NCBI GenBank assembly: GCA_040755995.1
Contig: JBFMAF010000016.1
Coordinates: forward strand, 67,172-131,171
Length of the DNA: 64,000 bases
Direction of reading: 5' to 3'
Source: Acidobacteriota bacterium
GTDB taxonomy: Bacteria; Acidobacteriota; CAIWXX01
Under the pieces are notes generated by a model. The model was given only the letters and a program-made list of their open reading frames with translations, was not told the origin of the DNA and made no database searches. A program made the translations under genes and the position numbers. Shown piece after piece: positions 17,321 to 25,529 of this stretch (the stretch's first letter is position 1; each line of letters starts with the position of its first letter).

Positions 17321-19090
17321 GTGATGATGATGAGAAGAATCGCTCTCGCCACTTTGAGCATGCTCGCCGTACCAGTGCTCTACGCGCACCAGACACTGAA
17401 GACTCTGACACTTTCTCCGGATTTCAGCGAGGTCGCGGGGACGCCTCGCATGGCGACGGACACTACCCAGCGCCAGTGGGCGGTCGCGTGGCTTCAATAT
17501 GGGAGCCCCGTCAAGATCATGGGGCGCATCGTGAAGCCGGATGGGAGCCTGAAGCCGCCCAAACTGCTTGCATCGTCAGTCGAGGAGTTCGAGCAGAATT
17601 TTGACCTCGCATACGGCTTCGTCGATCGCACCTATCTGCTCGTCTTCGAGAATGCTGCCGGATTGCAGGTCCAACGGCTCACGAAGGACCTGGCGCGGAA
17701 GGGGAAGCCGATTCTGATCGAGGCGGGAACTGAAGGAGTGAATCCGAGGATGGTGTACGATCCCACGGGCAATCGATTCCTGGTGATCTGGATCGGCAAC
17801 CAGGATGGAAGCGAGCGCAACGCGCTCAGAGGCGCGGTGCTGGCCTCGACGGGCGTGCCCACTGAGCCTGCGCACACGCTGGCCCTCGCTGCGAAAGGAC
17901 GAGCGTTGGCCATTCCGTCGGTCGTGCGCAACGAAGAGACCAACAACTTCACGGTTCTGGTCGTGGAGAAGACCGGCACGGCCGGACGGTTTCTGGGCTT
18001 CACTGCCAGGCCCGATGGATCGCTGCTGCGCTCGACGCCGATTCAATTTCAGGGCATGACCCCGGGGCTCAGCGCCATTGGCGCCTCGGCGTACTCCGAG
18101 AGCGGGTTCGGGTTTGCAGCGTGGCTCGACCGGGGCAAGCTCAAATACCGAAAGGTCTCGCCGACCGGCGGCCTGGCATCGGGCATCAAGACGGTGGCGA
18201 ACGCGGCCGACAGCAGCAGCTCCGAGGTCTCCTTTGTGTACGACGGATCCCACGACGAATTCGTTGGGGTCTGGACCAAAGCCAACGGGGCGTACGCTGC
18301 GGGGCTGGCCGAGGCATCAGGCAAGGTGTCCGACGCGCCGTTTCAGATCGCCGCGTCGGCGCTGAGCCAGTCTCTCCATCCTGCACTATCGATCGATCAG
18401 ACATCTGGTCGACTGTTTGCAATCTGGGAGGACAGCCAGGCCGCGTCGAGATCGGCCATCGCAGCCGCCACGAAGTACAGGGTACGAGCTGCGCTGTTCG
18501 CCAGGGAGGCGCAGGGTGCCGTCGTAGACGTCTCCGGCGAGGACAACGTCTTCGCGCCGTCTACGGTCAATATTTCGCCAGGCGACACCGTGAGGTGGAC
18601 GATGACCGGCAACAATCCGCATACGGTGACGAGTGGAACGCCTTCATCTTCCCCCGGTACGCTGTTCGACAGCGGCACGCTGACCAAGGGCCAGACGTTC
18701 CAGTTTCAATTCACGACTCCGGGAACGTACCCGTACTTCTGCCGAATTCATGGCGCAATGATGTCCGGAACGGTCGTAGTGGGCGGGGGGCCTTCGACGA
18801 AGCAGGTCTCCATTGGAGACGGCTCCTTCGCTCCAGCCTCGATCTCGGTGGCTGCCGGGTCCACCGTCACGTGGAAAATGAGCTCGACCATGCAGCACAC
18901 GGTAACCAGCGGCTCTCCCTCGTCGTCGCCCGGGGCGCTCTTCGACAGCGGCACCTTGAAATCCGGCGATGTCTTCAGTTTCCGATTCACCGACGCCGGA
19001 ACATACACTTACTACTGCCGCCTGCACGGGGACGGGATGTCGGGTACGGTGGAGGTCACATCTTACGACGGGGGTGGGGACCCGTATTGA
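17321..19090 (+). CDS. Secreted protein with repeat-rich N-terminal domain and two C-terminal plastocyanin-like cupredoxin domains
   Basis: Signal peptide; two PHTV/QHTV...Y(F/Y)CR(I/L)HG..MSG type-1 copper motifs. Confidence 0.85.
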   Translation: MMMMRRIALATLSMLAVPVLYAHQTLKTLTLSPDFSEVAGTPRMATDTTQRQWAVAWLQYGSPVKIMGRIVKPDGSLKPPKLLASSVEEFEQNFDLAYGFVDRTYLLVFENAAGLQVQRLTKDLARKGKPILIEAGTEGVNPRMVYDPTGNRFLVIWIGNQDGSERNALRGAVLASTGVPTEPAHTLALAAKGRALAIPSVVRNEETNNFTVLVVEKTGTAGRFLGFTARPDGSLLRSTPIQFQGMTPGLSAIGASAYSESGFGFAAWLDRGKLKYRKVSPTGGLASGIKTVANAADSSSSEVSFVYDGSHDEFVGVWTKANGAYAAGLAEASGKVSDAPFQIAASALSQSLHPALSIDQTSGRLFAIWEDSQAASRSAIAAATKYRVRAALFAREAQGAVVDVSGEDNVFAPSTVNISPGDTVRWTMTGNNPHTVTSGTPSSSPGTLFDSGTLTKGQTFQFQFTTPGTYPYFCRIHGAMMSGTVVVGGGPSTKQVSIGDGSFAPASISVAAGSTVTWKMSSTMQHTVTSGSPSSSPGALFDSGTLKSGDVFSFRFTDAGTYTYYCRLHGDGMSGTVEVTSYDGGGDPY

Positions 19091-19125
19091 CTTCTCTCCC
19101 GACGCGTACCTGATCGGCGAGAGAC

Positions 19126-19166
19126 GGCGGAAGGGACGAGGTCTGCGAGCGTCCCTTTCGCCTTTC
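19126..19166 (+). terminator. Putative intrinsic terminator
   Basis: ggcggaagggacg / cgtccctttcgcc 13-bp stem followed by ttt, just after the cupredoxin gene. Confidence 0.55.
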
Positions 19167-19252
19167 CCACTCCCGGCACCTTCGCCGTAATACCCTGTTG
19201 CCCGGCTGGCGAACCGCGATCAGCACAGGAACGATCCATGCGAGGGCATCGG

Positions 19253-19504
19253 TTAGCCGGCGGGAGCCTGCTCCTTGCGCCGCCACACGAGCCATGCCGA
19301 CCGCAGTCTGCCGATAACGAGCGACACAACACCCGCGAGCAGAAACGTCATGTCTCCCGTCATGCGAACCAAGTGTTTAACATCGGCGACCTCCGTCCCG
19401 TTCCCGACTCGGGCATTCGCACCCGCGGTCAGGGCTCGGTGGAGAAACTCCGCTTGGCGTCGGGGGCGTGGGTGGAGTAGAATCGCCCCCAACGAAAGGG
19501 ACAC
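19253..19504 (-). pseudogene. Possible 3' remnant of a quinol-dependent NO reductase-like gene
   Basis: RQAEFL and VRMTGDMTFLLAGVVSL resemble the qNor C-terminal ARS.EF and LRM.GD..F..G motifs (recalled, not searched). Confidence 0.25.
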
Positions 19505-19559
19505 CCACCGAGCGGTGCGCGCCGAGGCCTTTGCGCACCATGGGGTCAGGCAACGCCGG

Positions 19560-20534
19560 ATGATTCAAGACGGGCTCGTCGAGTATCTCATGCCGCTCAG
19601 AACTGTGCCGAAGAACTTTGCCCGACTCGACACGCAGCGCCTGATGCTCCAAGACCGCGTTCGCGTGGCCGCACTGCAACGGGCGATCACCGCGGCTGTA
19701 CAGCCGGGCGACGTGGTGCTCGAGATCGGAACGGGAACGGGCCTGCTGGCGATTCTCGCGGCACGCGCCGGTGCTCGCAGGGTATACGCGATTGAGATGA
19801 CGGAGATGGTGGAGGTCGCGCGCGAGATGGTGCGCCGAAACGGCCTGGCGGCGCAGATCCAGATACTGGAAGGCGTGTCGTTCGAGATCGAGCTACCGGA
19901 GCGTGCTGACGTGCTGATCAGCGAGACCCTGGGGCATCTCGGCATAGACGAGGGCATCGTGCAGACCGTAGCTGATGCGCGCCGGCGCCTCCTGAAACCT
20001 CACGCGCTCCAGGTGCCCATCAGCCTCGACATCCTGCTTGCCCTGACAGCCGATCGCGCAGCGCAGAATCGCGAGCTGGCATTCTGGCGCCAACCGCTCG
20101 CAGGTGTTGACTGCAGCGCCGCTGCCGACGCCGCCGCCGGCCGCGTCTACCTGCGACGCGTCATGGATAGCGAGTTGCTTTCACATCCACGGATCGTAGC
20201 TCACATCGACCTGACCACGGCAGAACAGCCGCCCGCTGTGTTTGGTGCATGCCTCGCCGTCTGCAGGGCCGGCGAGGTGAGCGGAATCGCAGCCTGGTTT
20301 GAGTGCCAGCTCTTCGACGACGTGCGCCTCATGTCGCGAAGCACGTCGAATTGGTACCCGGTCCTCTTCCCGGTCGACCCGCCGCTTGCGGTGGCCCCGA
20401 TGGAGGAAGTCCGGAGCTGCATCACCGTGCGCGAGCATCGAGGTGAGGCAGCATGGTCATGGTGTGTGCGCGGCGTCTCTGGGGAACGCAGGTGCGGGCG
20501 CTGTGATCTACCTGACCCCGGACAGCTGTCTTGA
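19560..20534 (+). CDS. Protein-arginine-methyltransferase-like class I SAM methyltransferase
   Basis: MLQDRVR, VLEIGTGTGLLAILAARAGARRVYAIE, double-E loop-like DVLISETLGHLGIDE, GIAAWF and STSNWYP (THW-loop-like). Confidence 0.85.
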   Translation: MIQDGLVEYLMPLRTVPKNFARLDTQRLMLQDRVRVAALQRAITAAVQPGDVVLEIGTGTGLLAILAARAGARRVYAIEMTEMVEVAREMVRRNGLAAQIQILEGVSFEIELPERADVLISETLGHLGIDEGIVQTVADARRRLLKPHALQVPISLDILLALTADRAAQNRELAFWRQPLAGVDCSAAADAAAGRVYLRRVMDSELLSHPRIVAHIDLTTAEQPPAVFGACLAVCRAGEVSGIAAWFECQLFDDVRLMSRSTSNWYPVLFPVDPPLAVAPMEEVRSCITVREHRGEAAWSWCVRGVSGERRCGRCDLPDPGQLS

Positions 20535-20675
20535 GGTGGAAGAACTTCGGTCGACGACGCCTATCAATACGATCCGGCCAGGTGCAGAGAGAGCTGGCAA
20601 CAGGCTGTTCGAGTGTGCGAGAATAGGGGCAGGAGAGAATGCCGATCGGGGGCGGAATCTGCCCGCGATGCGAGG

Positions 20676-21776
20676 ATGAGATCCTACACATGGCCCCAGG
20701 CCGCCGTCTGGGAGACGACCCTGGCGTGCGACATGCGTTGCCGCCACTGCGGATCTTACGCGGGGCGTGCCCGCGCCGAGGAGCTCCCGACCAGGGTGAC
20801 GCTCGACCTCTGCGACCAGCTCATAGACATCGGTTGCTCGCGGGTGATCCTCTCCGGCGGCGAGACCTTTCTCAGGGAGGACTGGGAGGAGATCGCGACG
20901 AGGCTCTTGAGGGGGCGGTGCGAAGTCGGGATCATCTCGAACGGTTTGATGCTGGGCACGGGCTCTGCTCTGCTGGATCGGCTCACGAGTGTCCGCCTCG
21001 AATCGGGAGAGATCACGGTCGGCATCAGCCTGGACGGCCTGGAAGAGACTCACGACTCGATCCGCGGGATGCCGGGAAGCTTCAGGGCTGCGCTCAGGGC
21101 CGTCGACCTGCTCATGGAGCGTAGCATCGCTGTCGTCGTGCTGACGACGGTGAATCGAATGAATCTGCTCGACCTGCTCCCTCTGCGCGACGAGGTCATA
21201 TACCCCCGGCGACCTTATGCGTGGCAGGTTCAGACATCCAACTATTACGGGAGAATGAGGGCGCACCCGGAGTGGGTGCTGGCCGATGAGGACTACATGG
21301 AGCTTGCCGAGATTCTGGCGGAGTCCCGACGGCTTCGCCGATCGGAGCCGAGGACGGACCCGGCGGATTGCATCGGCTACTACGGGATACTCGAAGGCGA
21401 TCTGCGGGAAACACCCTGGAACGGCTGTCAGGCGGGGCTCCGCTGCGTCGGCATCCAGAGCAACGGGAACGTGAAGGGCTGCCTCTCGCTGATCGACGAC
21501 CGGTTTGTCGAAGGGAACATCCGCGAACGATCGCTCCTGGAGATATGGGACACGCCTGGGGCGTTCGCGTACAACCGCGAGGCGGACCCGGGGCGGCTGG
21601 AGGGCCTTTGCGCCGGATGCGAGCACGGGCGGAAATGCCATGGCGGCTGCCGGTCGTCTGCACACTCTCACACGGGATCGCTGTACAGCGCTCCCTATTG
21701 CCTGTACGGTTTCCAGAGGGCCCGGCCGAGCCCATCGCTTGCCGGGGTAACGGGATGCGAGCCAGCAATACAGTAG
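20676..21776 (+). CDS. Radical SAM/SPASM peptide maturase, PlpX-like (splicease family)
   Basis: AVWETTLACDMRCRHCGSYAGRAR, SLDGLEETHDSIRG, AWQVQ, IGYYG, WNGCQAG..GIQSNGNVKGCLSL, CxxC-x5-C-xxx-C and PYC SPASM motifs. Confidence 0.9.
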   Translation: MRSYTWPQAAVWETTLACDMRCRHCGSYAGRARAEELPTRVTLDLCDQLIDIGCSRVILSGGETFLREDWEEIATRLLRGRCEVGIISNGLMLGTGSALLDRLTSVRLESGEITVGISLDGLEETHDSIRGMPGSFRAALRAVDLLMERSIAVVVLTTVNRMNLLDLLPLRDEVIYPRRPYAWQVQTSNYYGRMRAHPEWVLADEDYMELAEILAESRRLRRSEPRTDPADCIGYYGILEGDLRETPWNGCQAGLRCVGIQSNGNVKGCLSLIDDRFVEGNIRERSLLEIWDTPGAFAYNREADPGRLEGLCAGCEHGRKCHGGCRSSAHSHTGSLYSAPYCLYGFQRARPSPSLAGVTGCEPAIQ

Positions 21777-21785
21777 GAGGGCACC

Positions 21786-22127
21786 ATGAAAATCTCGAGT
21801 CATCAGGCGGCGGTCACAGCGATCAAGACCGCACTGACCGGCAAGACCGCAGCCGCTGGAAAGGCGAAGCGGAGCGAGCCACTCGCCACGCTCAAGAGGG
21901 CCGGCCCGGCGGACGTGTCCAAGATCTTCTCGCGAAAAGTGGGCGGGCTACCGGCGGATGCCCCGCAAATCAAGATGATGTACGGCCTCCCCACCATGCC
22001 GGCCGACAAGCTCCCTGGCCCCGTCCTGCGGTATGGCCTCATTCCGCATCTGCAATCGCAGCAGCCCACAGAGCCGCAGATCATCATGAAATACGGGATC
22101 GCCCCAAAGCCAGGTTCCAATGAATGA
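21786..22127 (+). CDS. Putative RiPP precursor with three XYG motifs (113 aa)
   Basis: AGGAGG RBS; 9 bp after the rSAM stop; PQIKMMYGLP, PGPVLRYGLIP, PQIIMKYGIAP. Confidence 0.8.
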   Translation: MKISSHQAAVTAIKTALTGKTAAAGKAKRSEPLATLKRAGPADVSKIFSRKVGGLPADAPQIKMMYGLPTMPADKLPGPVLRYGLIPHLQSQQPTEPQIIMKYGIAPKPGSNE

Positions 22128-22145
22128 CCGTGGGGGAGTCACGCC

Positions 22146-22418
22146 ATGAAGACGCAGCAGCCTGAACTGCAGTTCCGGGTATTAGACAGAGTCGTGGCCC
22201 AGGGCCGGACACGGCTCGAGAGCATGTTTCGCGAGACCATGTCGGACCTCTCACAGCTTTCGCGGGAATCGCTCGACGATGAACAGCGCCACGAGCTGGA
22301 TAGTCTGCTCGATGCGTACCGTCTCGTCGAGGAGCTCGTCATGGAACTGGTCTCTCTCAAGGAGGACCTGATGCTCAGAGCGAGATCGGAATCCGGGAGG
22401 GTCAGATGTCGCACCTGA
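22146..22418 (+). CDS. Small acidic helical hypothetical protein (90 aa)
   Basis: GGGGGAG RBS; operon spacing; amphipathic helical pattern. Confidence 0.75.
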   Translation: MKTQQPELQFRVLDRVVAQGRTRLESMFRETMSDLSQLSRESLDDEQRHELDSLLDAYRLVEELVMELVSLKEDLMLRARSESGRVRCRT

Positions 22419-22828
22419 ACATCCAGGCAAGTCCGGAAGAGGTGCTCGTCCTGATGGAAGCCAGCATGCTCTTCTACGCCCGATGCGAGTACGAGAAAGC
22501 GGAGAAGGTCCTTCGAGGCGCCCTCGTCATGTCACCCGGCAATTCTGATATCTACGCCTGCCTGGGGGCTCTCTATCACGCGCAGGACCGTCTGGATGAA
22601 GCCTACGAGTGCTATGAGCAAGCGCTCAAGGGATGCCCGTCGGAAGAGTGCGCGCGGAGCAACCGGGCCACGCTTCTGATGCAACGAGGCAAGGCCGAGG
22701 ACGCGATCCAGGAGCTCAAGCGGGTGATCCAGGAGCACGATCCCTCCAACCCGGTCGTCGAACGCTCGAAGGAGCTCCTAAAGGTGGCCGAGTCGCTTGT
22801 CACGCGGAAGACAGGGGCCGCCGGATAA
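22406..22828 (+). CDS. Small TPR protein (140 aa), secretion-chaperone-like
   Basis: About three TPRs (YEKAEKVLRGAL..SP, LGALYHAQDRLDEAYECYEQAL, RATLLMQRGKAEDAIQEL); overlaps the upstream gene. Confidence 0.85.
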   Translation: MSHLNIQASPEEVLVLMEASMLFYARCEYEKAEKVLRGALVMSPGNSDIYACLGALYHAQDRLDEAYECYEQALKGCPSEECARSNRATLLMQRGKAEDAIQELKRVIQEHDPSNPVVERSKELLKVAESLVTRKTGAAG

Positions 22829-23008
22829 CATGTGGCTATCGGGTCTGCTGTAGGACCGAGGGCGCGTCCGGGCGGCACTGGGCTGAGGGCGGGGCCGCGT
22901 CGCCGTCCGAACCGGCCGGAGCACGATGTGCCCGACCGCGATCCTGGACAGCCAAACCGCCCCGGCCTATACTTGAGTCATCATAGAGGATTCCGGGGAG
23001 GTGGACTC

Positions 23009-25462
23009 ATGAGATGCAATTCACTCCTCACCGTGGCTCTGCTGGTTATGGGAGCCAGCATTCTTTCATCAGGCGATAACCGGTGGACATGCATCGGTCC
23101 GTATGGCGGCGACATTGGCAAGTTCGCGTTCCATCCGTCGCTTCACAATCTAGTTTTCGCAAGCGGGGATACTGGGCTGTTCCGAAGCGCGGATGGTGGG
23201 CGCAAGTGGGAGCGTGTGCATGACTCGTGGGTGGTGGGAGACGGCACCGAGCCGAATGTGCGCATACACCCCGCAGACGGAGCGCGGGTCTTCCTGGCAG
23301 ATGACCGTCTGTATGTCAGTAGTGACCGTGGAACCACATGGCAGCTGATATCACGGGAGCCGTTTCCGGAGCGGGCCTCTGACTTCGAGATGGATCCGTC
23401 CGACCCGAGTGTCCTGTACATACTCACACGGCTTCACGGAGTGTACAGGAGCACGGACGGCGGAGTGACGTGGGCTCCGAGGAACTCCGGATTGGACATC
23501 CCCGCAGGCCGTTTTGCCGCCAGACCTCAGTTGGAAATCAACCCGACTGGCGGCAACACGCTCTATGTCTTGCTGCCAGATCACAAGATCTTCAAGACGA
23601 CTACCGGTGGTGCTCACTGGAAGCGCATGGATAAAGGAATCGATCCCAGCTCGGACGGAAGAGCGCTCATGATCGACCCTTCGAATACAGACTTCCTGTA
23701 CACAGCGGGCGAGGCTGGAGTATTCAAGACCACAGACGCCGGAATGAACTGGGCCAAGGTCCATGACGCTGCCACATGGGGACTCGCAACAGACCACGGG
23801 AGACCCAATTCTGTCTACGCAGTGAGGCTGTCTGAATTGCTCAAAACCGTCGACGGGGGCGCCACCTGGACATCGATCGACCTGGATCTCTCTCATGCTA
23901 CCGTTGCCGGCGTTCATCCCTCCAAGGACAATCTCATCCTAGTCGGAGAGAAACTGGGCATCACCCGGTCCACGGACACGGGTAAGTCATGGCATGCCGT
24001 GAACGCAGGCATTGACAACTACCTGGCAACCCGAATGGCCTATACAGAGAGTCCTGTGAAACGACTGTTCTGCGTTGCGTCTGCCGCCCTCTACGAGAGT
24101 CAGGATGGCGGAAGAAACTGGGCGCTGTCTTCACTTTCCGAGGAAGGTCGGCTTGTGATCGACCTGCAGGTTCACGCTGCAAACCCGCGGCTGATTTTCG
24201 CGGGGTTGGGCGTGACGACCGAAATCCTCGCCCTGAGCCGCGACGGCGGCTCAACATGGGAGTTCGGAGCTCCTATCCGCAAGACCGGGTGGTGCCATGG
24301 TGTGGCGATAGCACTCGACCCGCGTGAGGAGAGCATTGTTTACATGGCGGTCTGGGAAGATCGCGAGAACGCTCCACGCATAGGACGCGGAGTGGCAAAG
24401 AGCACGGACCAGGGGCAGACCTGGCGATTCATGAACGCAGGGCTCTCGGAAAGGTATGTAACTGCACTCGCCGTCGATCCGAGACGTGCCTCGGTACTCT
24501 TGGCCGGCACAGGCGATCTGCACGGCCAGGGCGTGGCCACCGGCCAGATATTCAAGACCACAAACGGCGGAGCAACATGGAAGAAGAGCAGCACTGGTCT
24601 GGCCGAGGACGAGGTTCTGGTGTCGGCGATCACGTTCGACCCGGATGATTCCACAGTTGTTTACACAGCCACAGGTTCCGGTGTGTACAAGAGCAGCGAT
24701 GGCGGTCGAACCTGGGCGCTCAAGACAGGTCCGCTGGGCTGTGCTTTCGTGCAGCCTCTGCCGGCAATGCCAAAGACCCTAATGGCGGGCAGGTCCGGCA
24801 GCCTCCTGATCTCGATTGATCAAGGTGAGTCCTGGACGGCCTTCGATTCCACTGGCCTCGGCCCCTTCGGCATGAACGACTTCATGCTCGACCCATTGGA
24901 CTCAAGCCGCTACCTCATAGGCACCAACCGCGGAGTCTTCTCATATACCCGGAAGGGTGCTATTGGGGGTCCTGTCATCCAGCAGCTCTCGCCTGACGCC
25001 GGGAGAGTCGGTGACTCCGTGACGATCAACGGGAGCGGATACGGCCAGCTCCAGCTGGACTCGAAAGTGCGCTTCGGATCAATCGATGCCGGCGTCGCGC
25101 AATCGTGGTCGGACGAGAGCATCAGAGTGACGGTGCCGTCTGGCGCCCGCACCGGGGCGGTAGCGGTCACGGTACTTGGCAAGAAGAGCAACGCTTTCGG
25201 CTTCATCGTCATGCCGGCCACCGGGAACATAGAGCCCACGGGCGGCCCGGCCTCAGGCGGCACACGCGTCACGATCCTCGCCCCATCGGGAACCTCGGGC
25301 ACACAGTTCAACGTGCTCTTCGGCTCCACCCTCGCCAGGAATATCGGTTTCGTCCAGCCGAATGTTATCACGTGCGAGAGCCCACCTGGCTCGGGCACGG
25401 TCGAGGTGAAGGTGACGAGCAGCGTGACGAGCACGACCGTGGGCCAATTCACGTACTACTGA
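23009..25462 (+). CDS. Secreted Asp-box (BNR/VPS10/Ycf48-like) beta-propeller protein with C-terminal IPT/TIG domains
   Basis: Many (R/K)STDGG.TW Asp-boxes; signal peptide; LSPDAGRVGDSVTINGSGYG and PTGGPASGGTRVTI IPT motifs. Confidence 0.88.
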   Translation: MRCNSLLTVALLVMGASILSSGDNRWTCIGPYGGDIGKFAFHPSLHNLVFASGDTGLFRSADGGRKWERVHDSWVVGDGTEPNVRIHPADGARVFLADDRLYVSSDRGTTWQLISREPFPERASDFEMDPSDPSVLYILTRLHGVYRSTDGGVTWAPRNSGLDIPAGRFAARPQLEINPTGGNTLYVLLPDHKIFKTTTGGAHWKRMDKGIDPSSDGRALMIDPSNTDFLYTAGEAGVFKTTDAGMNWAKVHDAATWGLATDHGRPNSVYAVRLSELLKTVDGGATWTSIDLDLSHATVAGVHPSKDNLILVGEKLGITRSTDTGKSWHAVNAGIDNYLATRMAYTESPVKRLFCVASAALYESQDGGRNWALSSLSEEGRLVIDLQVHAANPRLIFAGLGVTTEILALSRDGGSTWEFGAPIRKTGWCHGVAIALDPREESIVYMAVWEDRENAPRIGRGVAKSTDQGQTWRFMNAGLSERYVTALAVDPRRASVLLAGTGDLHGQGVATGQIFKTTNGGATWKKSSTGLAEDEVLVSAITFDPDDSTVVYTATGSGVYKSSDGGRTWALKTGPLGCAFVQPLPAMPKTLMAGRSGSLLISIDQGESWTAFDSTGLGPFGMNDFMLDPLDSSRYLIGTNRGVFSYTRKGAIGGPVIQQLSPDAGRVGDSVTINGSGYGQLQLDSKVRFGSIDAGVAQSWSDESIRVTVPSGARTGAVAVTVLGKKSNAFGFIVMPATGNIEPTGGPASGGTRVTILAPSGTSGTQFNVLFGSTLARNIGFVQPNVITCESPPGSGTVEVKVTSSVTSTTVGQFTYY

Positions 25463-25529
25463 TCCGGCAGACCCTGGAGGCGCCGGTCGACAGCCGCGGT
25501 TGACCCGGCCTGCCCCTCGATATTCGACG

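Noticed and set aside
20676..21776. PqqE, MftC, SCIFF or heme-synthesis identity for the rSAM
   Set aside because: No PqqA, MftA or six-Cys peptide nearby; the precursor has no Cys; motifs fit PlpX-like enzymes better.
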